Shown in pieces: positions 51,685 to 62,084 of a DNA stretch of 64,000 nt (positions within the stretch are counted from its first letter, which is position 1; each line of letters opens with the position of its first letter). The notes under the pieces are model-generated. The model was not told where the DNA came from and did not search any database. It was given only the letters and a program-made list of their open reading frames with translations. A program made the position numbers and the translations under genes. This stretch comes from an uncultured Actinomycetota bacterium (lineage in GTDB: Bacteria; Actinomycetota; Actinomycetes; JACCUZ01): positions 73,230-137,229 of the forward strand of contig CAVOOW010000010.1 of NCBI GenBank assembly GCA_963697675.1. The letters are read 5' to 3'.

Positions 51685-52305
51685 GTGCGCCTTCGCCTGA
51701 CCCCGCGCAAAGACAGCTTCTTTCCCATGTTCGCCGCGTCGGGACAGAACCTGGTCACGGGTGCCCGCCTGCTCAAGGAGCTGCTGGGGGCGGCGCCGGG
51801 CGATCGCAAGGAGATCGCGGAGAGGATGCGCGCCGCGGAGCACGCGGGCGACGAGGTCACTCACGCCATCATGCGCGAGCTCAACGAGTCGTTCATCACG
51901 CCTTTCGATCGTGAGGACATCTATCGGCTGGCGTCCTCGCTCGACGACGTCATGGACGCCATGGAGGCGGCCGTAGACCTGGTCGTGCTCTACCAGATCG
52001 GTGAGCTCCCGCCCGAGGTCGCTGACCAGATCGATGTGATCGAGCGGGCCGCGGAGCTGACGGCCGAGGCCATGCTCAAGCTGCGCTCGATGAAGGACCT
52101 CTCGGAGTTCTGGATCGAGCTCAACCGCTTGGAGAACCAGGCCGACCAGGTCTATCGCCGGCTGCTGGCCCGGTTGTTCGGGGGCGACTTCGACGCCATG
52201 ACCGTTATGAAGCTCAAGGAGGTCGTCGACCAGCTCGAGGGAGCTGCCGACGCATTCGAGCACGTCGCCAACACTGTGGAGACGATCGCGGTCAAGGAGT
52301 CCTGA
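51685..52305 (+). CDS. DUF47-family (PhoU-like) phosphate transport regulator
   Basis: GTG start (51685). VRLRLTPRKDSFFPMFAASGQN... Immediately upstream of pit. Confidence 0.8.
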   Translation: MRLRLTPRKDSFFPMFAASGQNLVTGARLLKELLGAAPGDRKEIAERMRAAEHAGDEVTHAIMRELNESFITPFDREDIYRLASSLDDVMDAMEAAVDLVVLYQIGELPPEVADQIDVIERAAELTAEAMLKLRSMKDLSEFWIELNRLENQADQVYRRLLARLFGGDFDAMTVMKLKEVVDQLEGAADAFEHVANTVETIAVKES

Positions 52306-52308
52306 CCG

Positions 52309-53301
52309 GTGGAATACCTCGGCATCGTCATCGTCATCGTCACGGCGATGGGGTTCAACTACACCAACGGTTTCCACGATGCCGCGAACGCGATCGCCAC
52401 CTCGGTCTCGACCCGGGCGCTGACCCCGCGGGTGGCGCTGGGCATGGCTGCCGTGTTCAACCTCATCGGCTCGTTCCTCGGCGCCAAGGTCGCCAAGACC
52501 GTCGGCGAGGGGATCATCGAACTGCCGAACGGCACGGACAGCCTTGTCGTCGTTTTCGCCGCGCTGATCGGCGCGATCTCGTGGAACCTGCTGACGTGGT
52601 ACTTCGGGCTGCCGTCGTCCTCCTCACACGCCCTGATCGGCGGGCTGATCGGCGCGGCCATCGCGTCGAGCAGCACGATCTTCTGGCAGGGGATCTACGA
52701 CAAGGTCCTCATCCCGATGGTCGTGTCGCCGATCGTCGGCCTCGTGCTCGGCTACTTCGTGATGGTGGCCATCCTCTGGCTCTTCCGGAGGGCGAGCCCG
52801 TCCCGGGTCTCCCGCGGCTTCCGACACGCGCAGTCGGTGTCGGCCGCTGCCATGTCGCTCGGGCACGGCATGCAGGACGGCGCGAAGACGATGGGCGTCA
52901 TCGTGCTCGCCCTGAACGTTGGCGGCTTCCAGGACGATTTCGAAATCCCGATCTGGGTGTTCTTCATGACCGCCGCGGTGCTCGCCGCTGGCACCTACGC
53001 CGGTGGCTGGCGCATCATGCGCACGCTGGGCCGGCGCATCATCGCGCTCGATCCGCCGCACGGCTTCGCCGCTGAGTCCACGGCCTCCAGCATCCTGTTC
53101 GTCGCCGCCATCGGATACGGCGCACCGATCTCGACCACACAGACGATCACTTCGGCGATCATGGGCGTCGGCGCGACGAAGCGGCTCAAGGCTGTGCGCT
53201 GGGGAGTGGCCGGCAACATCGCCGTAGCCTGGATCTTCACCCTCCCCGGCTCCGCCGCGGTCGCCGCCGTCAGCTACCTGGTCGTCAACCTCTTCGTCTA
53301 A
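52309..53301 (+). CDS. pit: Low-affinity inorganic phosphate transporter (PiT/PHO4 family)
   Basis: GFNYTNGFHDAANAIATSVSTRAL...GANDGAKTMGVI-like motifs. Confidence 0.85.
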   Translation: MEYLGIVIVIVTAMGFNYTNGFHDAANAIATSVSTRALTPRVALGMAAVFNLIGSFLGAKVAKTVGEGIIELPNGTDSLVVVFAALIGAISWNLLTWYFGLPSSSSHALIGGLIGAAIASSSTIFWQGIYDKVLIPMVVSPIVGLVLGYFVMVAILWLFRRASPSRVSRGFRHAQSVSAAAMSLGHGMQDGAKTMGVIVLALNVGGFQDDFEIPIWVFFMTAAVLAAGTYAGGWRIMRTLGRRIIALDPPHGFAAESTASSILFVAAIGYGAPISTTQTITSAIMGVGATKRLKAVRWGVAGNIAVAWIFTLPGSAAVAAVSYLVVNLFV

Positions 53302-53429
53302 GCCTCCCTCCCCCTCTTCCAAGTCGATCACCCCTCCCCTTTCAAAGTCGATCATGCAGTAACCGACATGCCCTCGCATCGCCGCAGGCCAGCGCGCTGC
53401 ACTTAGAAGTCGATCATGCAGTAACCGAC
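53302..53429 (+). repeat. Left compound inverted repeat of the DUF559 element
   Basis: cctccctcccc...ccaagtcgatca...cccctcccctttcaaagtcgatcatgcagtaaccgac (x2). Reverse-complementary to 54518..54660. Confidence 0.65.
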
Positions 53430-53522
53430 GAGGCCTTGCCGGCGGTGCCTCGCCGCGAGCCGCCGGGCGCAGCCTGTGGAGAACTCCGCGGTCGAAAGCG
53501 CGGCATCGACCACCCTTGACTT

Positions 53523-54533
53523 GTGTCGACGTACTGCGCAGTTTTTGGCACCGCGCCCTTCACGTTGCGTGACGCGAAGGCTGTGGGGTGGTCGCAGAGA
53601 GATCTCCGAGGTTTCGTACGCGCCGGGCTCATCAGACGGGTGCTGCACGGCGTGTACGTCGACGCGACTGTCGACGATGACCTGGCTTCGCGGGCGGCCG
53701 CCCTCGCCAAGGTTGTGCCGAGCGGGGACGTGATCTGCTTGCGTACGGCAGGCTGGCTGTGGAGCGCTGACGTGTTGCCGATCGGCGCGCATCGCGAGAT
53801 TCCTCCCGTGGATCTCATGGCGCCGAGTGGCGCTGCTGGACCTCGCCGCGCCGGCTGTCGCGGCCGGACAGGACCAATTGCTTCGTACGACATGATGAAT
53901 GTGCAGGGCGTTCTCGTTACCCCACCGGCGCGAACCACCGCCGACCTGCTGCGGCTGCTCCGGCGACCAGATGCCCTGGCGGCCGGGGACGCCATGCGTC
54001 GCGCGACCGGGGTCGAGCCCACTGCCGTCGCCGAGGTGCTAGATCGCTTCCGAGGGCAACGCGGTGTCGTGCAGGCGCGCGAGCTGCTCGAGCTCTCCGA
54101 CCCGCGCGCCGAGTCGCCGCAGGAGAGCCGCACCAGGCTGCGTTGCGTCGATGCGGGGTTTCCGTGCCCGGAGCCGCAGATCGAGGTGTTCGACGCGGCC
54201 GGGGAGTTTCTGGCGCGCCTCGACATGGGCTATCGCAAGGAGCGCAAGGCTCTCGAGTTCGACGGGGCCGAATATCACTACACGCTCGAACGGGTGCGCC
54301 ACGATCAGAGGCGCCGCGAAGCAGTCGAGCGCGTGGGTTGGGCAGTCAGCGTGGTCACCACTGAACACGTCTTGGGCCGTGGGCTTGTCTTTGAGAGGGT
54401 CGTGTCCGAGTTGCTAGGGGTGGTGCCGCGACTGACCCGCCACCATCCGCGGTACGGAGGTTGGGACGTCGGTGAGCCGTCGTGGCCAACGGTCCGAGGT
54501 GCTCGACATGGCGCAATGTCGGTTACTGCATGA
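53523..54533 (+). CDS. DUF559 / AbiEi-like domain protein (REP13E12-type repeat protein)
   Basis: C-terminal EVFDAAGEFLARLDMGYRKERKALEFDGAEYHYTLERVRHDQRRREAVERVGWAV (DUF559). Confidence 0.6.
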   Translation: MSTYCAVFGTAPFTLRDAKAVGWSQRDLRGFVRAGLIRRVLHGVYVDATVDDDLASRAAALAKVVPSGDVICLRTAGWLWSADVLPIGAHREIPPVDLMAPSGAAGPRRAGCRGRTGPIASYDMMNVQGVLVTPPARTTADLLRLLRRPDALAAGDAMRRATGVEPTAVAEVLDRFRGQRGVVQARELLELSDPRAESPQESRTRLRCVDAGFPCPEPQIEVFDAAGEFLARLDMGYRKERKALEFDGAEYHYTLERVRHDQRRREAVERVGWAVSVVTTEHVLGRGLVFERVVSELLGVVPRLTRHHPRYGGWDVGEPSWPTVRGARHGAMSVTA

Positions 54534-54660
54534 TCGATTTCTATATGCGGGGCGCTGACCTGCGGCGATCGGAGGGCATGTCGGTTACTGCATGATCGAC
54601 TTTGAAAGGGGGAGGGCGACTTTGAAGGGGGGAGGGGCGACTTTGAAAAGGGGAGGGCTG
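54518..54660 (+). repeat. Right compound inverted repeat of the DUF559 element
   Basis: gtcggttactgcatgatcga (x2) followed by cgactttgaaagggggaggg (x3). Confidence 0.65.
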
Positions 54661-54668
54661 GGGGAGGG

Positions 54669-55448
54669 TTAGCCGAAGCGGCCGGTGATGTAGTCCTCGG
54701 TGGACTTCTCGGTGGGTCGGCTGAACATCTCCGAGGTCTCGCCGATCTCGATCAGCTTGCCGGGCTTGCCGGTCCCCGCGATGTTGAAGAACGCAGTTGT
54801 GTCACTGACCCGGGCAGCCTGCTGCATGTTGTGGGTGACGATGACGATCGTGTAGCTGTCCTTGAGCTGGCCGATCAGGTCCTCGATGGCCAGGGTCGAG
54901 ACCGGGTCCAGCGCGGAGCAGGGCTCGTCCATGAGCAGCACCTGTGGCTCCACCGCGATGGCCCGGGCGATGCACAGACGCTGCTGCTGGCCACCGGACA
55001 AGCTGGAGCCGGGCCGCTCGAGCCGGTCCTTGACTTCCTCCCACAGGTTCGAGCCGCGAAGTGACCGCTCGACGAGTTCGTCGAGTTCCTTCTTCTTTAT
55101 CTTCGCGTTGTTGAGCTTCATCCCGGCGGCGACGTTCTCGTAGATCGACATGGTCGGGAACGGGTTGGGTCGCTGGAACACCATGCCGATCTGGCGACGG
55201 ACCTGCACCGGGTCAACGCTGGCCTCATAGAGGTCCTGCCCGTCCATCAGCACCTTGCCCTCGACGCGGGCCTTGGGGATCACCTCGTGCATCCGGTTCA
55301 GGGTGCGCAGGAACGTCGACTTGCCGCAGCCGGACGGGCCGATGAACGCCGTCACGCTCTTCGGTTCAACGACCATCGAGACGTCCTCCACAGCGAGGAA
55401 GTCGCCGTAGAAGATCTTCAGGTCCGAGATATCGATGCGCTTAGCCAC
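54669..55448 (-). CDS. pstB: Phosphate ABC transporter ATP-binding protein
   Basis: Walker [10 protein letters not shown], signature LSGGQQQRL, and the PstB-specific N-terminus. Confidence 0.9.
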   Translation of the reverse strand: MAKRIDISDLKIFYGDFLAVEDVSMVVEPKSVTAFIGPSGCGKSTFLRTLNRMHEVIPKARVEGKVLMDGQDLYEASVDPVQVRRQIGMVFQRPNPFPTMSIYENVAAGMKLNNAKIKKKELDELVERSLRGSNLWEEVKDRLERPGSSLSGGQQQRLCIARAIAVEPQVLLMDEPCSALDPVSTLAIEDLIGQLKDSYTIVIVTHNMQQAARVSDTTAFFNIAGTGKPGKLIEIGETSEMFSRPTEKSTEDYITGRFG

Positions 55449-55481
55449 GTGCGTCGTCCTTGTCGTTGGTGCTGCGGTCGC

Positions 55482-56555
55482 TCATCGACCCGGCGTCTTC
55501 GGAGCGAAGATGAAGGAGATGATCCGGGCAACGAGGTTGAGCGCCATCACAATCGTAATCAGTACGAGGGCTGCCGACCATGCTCTGTCGTAGCCGGCCT
55601 CCGGCGGGAACCCTGGCGTCGCATATGAGTAGTACGTGAAGACGGGCAGTGTCGTCATTCGCCCGTTGAACAGGTCGGTGTTCATGCTCGTCGTCAGCCC
55701 GCAGACGAGCAGCAAGGGAGCGGTCTCCCCGATCACGCGCGCAATCGACAGGGTGACGCCGGTGGCGATGCCGGCGATCGCCGTGGGGAGCACCACCTTG
55801 ACGATGGTGCGCCAGCGTGGGACACCCAGGGCGTAAGACGCCTCGCGCAGCTCATTGGGAACGAGCTTGAGCATCTCCTCGCTCGACCGCACCACGACCG
55901 GGATCATCAGTACGGAAAGCGCCACCGACCCTGCCGCGCCCATCCGCACGCCCGGTCCGTAGAACACCACGAACAAGGCGTAGGCGAAGAGCCCGGCGAC
56001 GATCGAGGGGATGCCGGTCATGACGTCGACGAGGAACGTGACCCACTTCGCGAGCCTGCCTCGGCCGTACTCGACGAGGTAGATCGCGGCCATCAGCCCG
56101 ATCGGGATCGAGATGATCGCGGCGAGGCCGGTGACGAGCAGGGTGCCGACGATGGCGTGCGCGATGCCTCCGCCCTCTCCGATGACGCCGCGCATCGTCT
56201 CGGTGAAGAAGGCCAGGCTGAGCCCCGGGAGGCCTTTGCTCAAGACCGTCCACACCAACGAGATGAGCGGCAGCATGGCCAGCGCGAAGGCGCCGTAGAC
56301 CAGGGTCGTGACCATCCGGTCGGTTCCCCGACGAGCTCCCTCGACCCGGCGAGAGATCAACGTGATCGCGATGATGTCGAGCAGGAACGTCAGGGCGCCG
56401 ATCCCGTACAGGTTGAACCCGAGGAACGACATGACCGCCACTGACACGACCGCCGAGCCGACCAGGACCATTTCGGGGGTCCGACGTGGCAGCACGCCAT
56501 GGGTGAGCGGCGGAGCCGGCTGTGTGGTCTGCGGCGTCGGGGTAAGGGTCGCCAT
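55482..56555 (-). CDS. pstA: Phosphate ABC transporter permease PstA
   Basis: Start MATLTPTPQ overlaps the pstC stop (ATGA). EAA-loop permease. Confidence 0.85.
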   Translation of the reverse strand: MATLTPTPQTTQPAPPLTHGVLPRRTPEMVLVGSAVVSVAVMSFLGFNLYGIGALTFLLDIIAITLISRRVEGARRGTDRMVTTLVYGAFALAMLPLISLVWTVLSKGLPGLSLAFFTETMRGVIGEGGGIAHAIVGTLLVTGLAAIISIPIGLMAAIYLVEYGRGRLAKWVTFLVDVMTGIPSIVAGLFAYALFVVFYGPGVRMGAAGSVALSVLMIPVVVRSSEEMLKLVPNELREASYALGVPRWRTIVKVVLPTAIAGIATGVTLSIARVIGETAPLLLVCGLTTSMNTDLFNGRMTTLPVFTYYSYATPGFPPEAGYDRAWSAALVLITIVMALNLVARIISFIFAPKTPGR

Positions 56556-57512
56556 CAGTTGGCTCCGGAGAACTCGGCGCGCCGGGCGATGAACCAGCGT
56601 GCGGTGAGGTTGACCGCCAGGGTGATCACGAACAGGACCAGACCGGTGAAGATCAGCACGTTGACTTCCAGCCCGGACGACTCGGGGAACTGCAGCGCGA
56701 TGTTGGCCGCGATCGTGGAGGGGTTCTCGCTGCTGATCAGGTTCAGCGAGACCCCGCCGCCCACGGACAAGACCAGGGCGACCGCCATCGTCTCGCCCAA
56801 GGCTCGGCCCAACCCGAGCATCGCCGCGCTGATGATGCCGGACTTCGCGTAGGGCAGCACTGCCATCCGGATCATCTCCCAGCGGGTCGCGCCCAGCGCC
56901 AGTGCTGCTTCCTCGTAGAGCTTGGGCGTCTGGAGGAAGATCTCCCGGCAGATCGCCGTCATGATCGGCAGGATCATCACGGCCAGCACGATGCCGACGG
57001 TGAGCACGGTCCGACCCGTGGCCGAGGCCGGTCCAGCGAAGAGCGGGATGAAGCCGACGTGTTCCGCCAGCCAGCCGTAGGCCGGGGTCAGCTGCGCGGC
57101 GAGGAACACGATGCCCCACAAGCCATAGACGACGCTGGGGATCGCTGCCAGCAGGTCGACGATGTAACCGAGCCCCTGGGCCAGGCGTTTGGGCGCGTAG
57201 TGCGAGATGAACAAGCGCGATGCCTAGCGACACCGGCGTCGCGATGACCAGGGCGAGGACGGCCGCAATGATCGTGCCGTAGACGAGCGGGACGCAGTAG
57301 TCCAGCAGTGACTTCCCCTCGGGGATGTCGTCGCTGCTGGCCGTCACGGCGGGCCAGGCCTCAATGATGAGGAACAGTGCCACTCCGGCGAGCACCACCA
57401 GGATCAGCACGCCGGCCGACCTGGAGATGCCCGAGAAGATGGCGTCGCCCCGACTCTTCCGGGTTGGCCGAAGGGCCGCGCCGGTCGTCGCAGAGGGCGG
57501 TTCCTGGGTCAT
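56555..57512 (-). CDS. pstC: Phosphate ABC transporter permease PstC (apparent 1-nt insertion near 57215)
   Basis: N-terminus is in the frame of ORF 55482..57512 and the body is in the frame of ORF 56555..57214. Deleting one g in cttgttcatc restores ALFISHYAPKRLAQGLGY. Confidence 0.8.
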
Positions 57513-57639
57513 GGCACTGGCTGCTTCCTCGGTTGGAGATCGTGGACGTTCCGGCGATCATGCACAGCGATTGGTCCGGGTGGCCACTGCCGTGACCACC
57601 CGGACCATGTCGGGCTGACCAGCCCGACGAAGCCGCTCG

Positions 57640-58762
57640 TCAGCTGGAACCCTTGATCATCGCGATCGAGGCCGTGATCTTCGTGCGCAGCGCGTCCGTC
57701 AGCGGAGCCGATCCGGCAGCCTTGCCTGCCGCGTCCTGACCTTCGGCGCTGGTCACGTACGTCTCGAACGCCTTGACCAGGTCGCCGTCCGCCGGCTTCT
57801 CGTACTGCAGGCAGACGATCTGGTAGGAGATCAGGATCACCGGGTACGCGCCTGCCTCGGTCGTGTCACGCGCCACGTCCAGGGCCAGGTCGCCGGCCGG
57901 TCGGTTAGGTGTCGGGGTGGAGAGCTCGGCTGCCTTTGCCGCGGTCTCCGCGGAGGGCTCGACGAAGGCGCTGCCGACCTTGACCTTGGTCTTGCCGAGG
58001 TCCCCGACCTGACTCTCGTCGGCGTAGCCGATGGTGCCCTTGCCCTGCTTGATGGCCTGCACGACACCGGAGGTGCCCTGCGCTGCCTCGCCACCCTTGA
58101 CCGGCCAGGTCTGCGCGGCTGGGTAGGTCCACGAGCTCGCTGCGGCCTTGCTCAGGTAGTCGGTGAAGTTCTGCGTGGTGCCGGAGTCGTCCGCACGGTG
58201 TACGGGGGTGATCGCGGTGCTGGGCAGCTTCACCCCGGAGTTGTCGGCTTTGATCGCCGCGTCGTCCCACTTCTTGATCTTGCCGGCGAAGATCTTCGCG
58301 ATCGTGTCCGCCGACAGCTGCAGGCTGGTGATGCCCTCGAGGTTGAACGCGATCGCGATCGGACTGATGTAGACCGGCAGGTCGATCGCACCGGTGCCGC
58401 CCGCGCAGCGGGTCTTCGACTTGGTGAGCTCCTCGTCGTCGAGCGCGGCGTCCGAGCCGGCGAACTGGATGGCGCCACCCGCGAGGAACTGCTCGCGACC
58501 GCCGCCGGAACCGACCGGGTCGTAGTTGACGGTCACGTCCGGGTTGGCCGTCTGGAACGCGGCCTGCCAGGCCGCCATGGCGGCCTGCTGAGCGGTCGAA
58601 CCCGCGCCGTTGAGGCTGCCGGCCAGCTTGTCGGAACCGCCGGCTGGCGCTGAGCTGGAGCCGTCGTCGGTATGTGCCGCCGCTGCTGCCTCCACAGGCA
58701 GTGAGAGCGAGGCTGCCGGCGACGAGTGCCGCGGCAAGCATGGAGAAGCGGTTGAGCTTCAC
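57640..58762 (-). CDS. pstS: Phosphate-binding lipoprotein PstS (apparent 1-nt indel near 58690)
   Basis: GTG start. Signal/lipobox VKLNRFSMLAAALVAGSLALTACGG is in one frame. The mature domain ...DDGSSSAPAGGSDKLAGSLNGAGSTAQ... is in the adjacent frame. Confidence 0.8.
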
Positions 58763-58986
58763 AGTTGAGTCCTCCCGGACCGGCTTGACTGTCTGATGAC
58801 GCTCCGGACGGTAAGGAGAGCAGGTGACGCGATATGCGGGTCTCGGTGAACGCGAGGTGAACAACACGCGTGTCATGGCTCGTAGTGCGACACCACGGAC
58901 GATCACGGCTCCGCCGTCGGGCTGTTCACTCTCAGTCCTGGGGCTGTTCGCTCTCAGCCGCGGGCTGTTCTGTCTCAGCCCCGGGG

Positions 58987-60000
58987 CTAGGCACCGTCCC
59001 TGCTGAACATCACGTCGGTCTCCCACCGGGTGAAGTCCAGGCCCCTGTACAGCGCGATCGCCGGGGCGTTGTCAGCGTCGACGTAGAGCATCGCGTCCGG
59101 CAGGCCGCGGTGGCGCAGGTAGCGGAGCCCGGTCAGCGTGAGGGCACGCCCCAGACCCGTGCCGCGCTCGGCGGGATCGACCCCGACGACATACACCTCG
59201 CCGATCAGGTCGTGACCGTGCCCGTCGTGCGTGTGCGGCCCGGTCACCGCCTGGTGCTCCGGCCCGCCGTGCACCTTCGTCCAGTGGAAGCCCACCAGCC
59301 GCTCGGAGCCGTCCTCGGCCGTCCGCGTCGCGAGGAAGAACCCGGCCGGGTCGAACCACGGCTCGCTCATCCGCCGGTGCAGGTCGTCGGCGTCCCAGCC
59401 GCCCTGTTCGGGGTGGCCCCGGAAGGCCAGCGCGTTGAGCCGCACCCAGGCGTCGTCGTCGCGGCCCGGCTCGAAGGTGCGGACCGTCACGCCGTCGGGC
59501 AGCTTCGGCTCGGGCAGCGTCGCGTACAGCGAGCGCCGCATCTGCCACAGCGCCCGGGACTGCGAGAATCCCATCGAGGCGGCGAGCGCCGCCGCACCCG
59601 GGTGCTCGCCGTGCGACCAGAGGCGCAGGCGGCCGTCAGGGGTCTCGGCGATGGTCGTCGCGACGAGCAGGTGGCCCAGGCCGTGGTGACGAGCAAGGGG
59701 GTGTACGACGACCTCGGCTGAGGCACCGGCGACCTCATCCGTCACGTCCAGATGTCCGTACGCCGCGAGCCGCTGGCCGCCGTTGGTGTCGTGCTCTTCG
59801 CTGCCGATCGAGCTGCCCTCGGAGCCGTAGATCAGGACGTTGCGTACGGGGGCGTCCCCGCCGTAGCGCAGGTGGAGCATGACGTGCTCGGAGAGGGGAC
59901 GTACGCCGTCGACCTCGGTCGCGGCCTCCACGAGGTCGGCCACCGCACGTACCTCGTCCTCGGAAAGCAGGCCGACCACTTCAACCCTCGGGTCCGCCAC
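58987..60000 (-). CDS. mshD: Mycothiol synthase (tandem GNAT acetyltransferase)
   Basis: Two GNAT domains, with MshD-like similarity along the full length. Confidence 0.75.
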   Translation of the reverse strand: MADPRVEVVGLLSEDEVRAVADLVEAATEVDGVRPLSEHVMLHLRYGGDAPVRNVLIYGSEGSSIGSEEHDTNGGQRLAAYGHLDVTDEVAGASAEVVVHPLARHHGLGHLLVATTIAETPDGRLRLWSHGEHPGAAALAASMGFSQSRALWQMRRSLYATLPEPKLPDGVTVRTFEPGRDDDAWVRLNALAFRGHPEQGGWDADDLHRRMSEPWFDPAGFFLATRTAEDGSERLVGFHWTKVHGGPEHQAVTGPHTHDGHGHDLIGEVYVVGVDPAERGTGLGRALTLTGLRYLRHRGLPDAMLYVDADNAPAIALYRGLDFTRWETDVMFSRDGA

Positions 60001-60116
60001 GCCAGGACCCTACTGGCTCGAGTTCATTTCTCCTCCACTTCTCGGCTCTTTCCGATACCACCGCAATTGGATAGGTTCTGGCCCGACCCTCGTCCCCCTG
60101 TCCTTCGAGGTACACG

Positions 60117-62012
60117 ATGTCCAGATCCGGACCCTTGCGGCACCGCAGCTACGTGGCGATCGCCGCCGCTGCCGTCGCAGCTCTCTGCCTCGTCCCCGCC
60201 GTCGGCGCCAGCGCCTCGGCGCGCGGCGGCGCCGACCATCGCCACCACCACGGCAATCGGGTCGGCGTGCAGATCCTGTCCTTCAACGACTTCCACGGGA
60301 ACCTCGCTCCGCCCACGGGCTCCGGCGGGCGCATCACGACCGGATACACCGAGCAGCCCGCTACGCCGCCGGCAACGGGTTTCGTGGCCGTCCCGACAAC
60401 CGTGGACGCGGGCGGCGTCGAGTATCTCGCGACCCACCTGCGGGACGCCCGCAAGGGCCACCGCAACAGCGTCACCGTCGCTGCGGGCGACATCATCGGC
60501 GCATCCCCGCTGCTGTCGGCCGCCTTCCACGACGAACCGACCATCGAGGCGATGAACGAGCTGGGCCTCGAGGCGACGTCGGTGGGCAACCACGAGTTCG
60601 ACGAGGGCTACAAGGAGCTGCAGCGGATGCAGGCGGGTGGCTGCCTGCCCGACGGCGACGAGGGCGAGAACAACCAGAACTCCTGCGCCGACCACACGTT
60701 CAAGGGCGCCAACTTCCAGTACCTCTCCGCGAACGTGAAGTACACCGGCACCGACCGCACCATCCTGCCGTCGTACTGGATCAAGAAGATGCACGGCGTG
60801 AAGATCGGGTTCATCGGCATGACCCTGAAGGAGACCCCGACGATCGTCACCGCGGCGGGTGTCGCCGGGCTCGACTTCACCGACGAGGTCGCGACGGCAA
60901 ACGCGCTCGTGCCGGTGCTGCGCCACAAGGGCGTCAAGGCGATCGTCACGCTCATCCACCAGGGCGGCGTGCCCAACAAGACGACGTTCACCGGCGCCGA
61001 GGGACGCACGTACTCGGTGGACCCGTCCTACGACTACACCTGTCAGGGCGGCGGCACCCTCGCCGACGACAGCGCGATCATCCCGATCGCGGAGAACCTC
61101 GACCCCGAGATCGACCTGATCATCTCTGGTCACACCCACCAGCCGTACGTGTGCGACATCCCCGACAACAAGACGCACAAGTCGCGGCTGGTCACCAGCG
61201 CCTCGTCGTTCGGACGGCTGTTCACCGAGACGGACCTGACCTACGACAAGCGCACCCACGACATCGTCCGCTCGTCGGTCAAGGGCACGAACATGATCGT
61301 CACGCGCGACGTGCCGGCGGCTCCTGACCTGACCGCGCTTCTCACCACCTACCAGACGCTGGTGGCCCCCATTGCCGACCGGCCGGTCGGCAACATCACG
61401 GCCGACGTGACGCGCACCCAGGTGGGCGGCGAGTCCCCACTCGGTGACCTGATCGCCGACGCGCAGCTCAACGACCCATCGGTGGTCGTCAACGGCGTGG
61501 CGCCGGTGATCGCGTTCATGAACCCGGGCGGCATCCGTGCCGACCTGACGTTCGCCTCGTCGACGAAGGGCGAGGGTGACGGCGTGGTGACCTTCGAAGA
61601 GGCGTTCACGGTGCAGCCGTTCAACAACTTCGACGTGTCGATGGACATGACGGGCGCCGACATCTATGCGCTGCTCAACCAGCAGTGGACCGGCCTCAAC
61701 TCCGGCAGCGGCGCGAAGGTGCTGCAGGTGAGCAACGGCTTCAGCTACCAATGGACGGCGTCCGGCGGCACGCCACACGTCGTGCCCGGGTCGGTCATGC
61801 TGGGGACGACGCCGATCGTCGACGACGCCAGCCAGACCTTCCGCGTCACGGCGAACAACTTCCTGGCCGGCGGCGGCGACAACTTCGCGGCGTTCAACAA
61901 CGCCACGAACAAGGTCTTCGGAGGCCTGGACATCGACGCGTTCGCGAACTACCTCGAGGCGAACTCGCCGTACTCGCCGCTTCCCCCGACCCGCATCACC
62001 CAGGTCCCGTAG
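60117..62012 (+). CDS. Secreted bifunctional metallophosphatase / 5'-nucleotidase
   Basis: Signal peptide. Calcineurin-like metallophosphatase motifs ILSFNDFHG...GNHEFD...IISGHTH, plus a 5'-nucleotidase C-terminal domain. Confidence 0.8.
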   Translation: MSRSGPLRHRSYVAIAAAAVAALCLVPAVGASASARGGADHRHHHGNRVGVQILSFNDFHGNLAPPTGSGGRITTGYTEQPATPPATGFVAVPTTVDAGGVEYLATHLRDARKGHRNSVTVAAGDIIGASPLLSAAFHDEPTIEAMNELGLEATSVGNHEFDEGYKELQRMQAGGCLPDGDEGENNQNSCADHTFKGANFQYLSANVKYTGTDRTILPSYWIKKMHGVKIGFIGMTLKETPTIVTAAGVAGLDFTDEVATANALVPVLRHKGVKAIVTLIHQGGVPNKTTFTGAEGRTYSVDPSYDYTCQGGGTLADDSAIIPIAENLDPEIDLIISGHTHQPYVCDIPDNKTHKSRLVTSASSFGRLFTETDLTYDKRTHDIVRSSVKGTNMIVTRDVPAAPDLTALLTTYQTLVAPIADRPVGNITADVTRTQVGGESPLGDLIADAQLNDPSVVVNGVAPVIAFMNPGGIRADLTFASSTKGEGDGVVTFEEAFTVQPFNNFDVSMDMTGADIYALLNQQWTGLNSGSGAKVLQVSNGFSYQWTASGGTPHVVPGSVMLGTTPIVDDASQTFRVTANNFLAGGGDNFAAFNNATNKVFGGLDIDAFANYLEANSPYSPLPPTRITQVP

Positions 62013-62047
62013 GGAGCGCAGCACGTCGGAGGGCCGCTTCACCCGCC

Positions 62048-62084
62048 TGGGTGACCGGCCCTCCGGTCTGTCTGGCCTAGGTCA
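62048..62084. terminator. Extended hairpin between convergent genes (bidirectional terminator candidate)
   Basis: ggagggccg-c-ttcaccc-gcct-gggtga-c-cggccctcc. Confidence 0.45.

Noticed and set aside
55482-57512. 676-aa ORF read as a single fused PstC-PstA protein
   Set aside because: Its middle third is nonsense sequence. The real arrangement is pstC (frame switch near 57215) followed by pstA, which starts at MATLTPTPQ (56555) with an ATGA overlap.
60024-62042. 672-aa minus-strand ORF
   Set aside because: It is the antisense of the 5'-nucleotidase gene.
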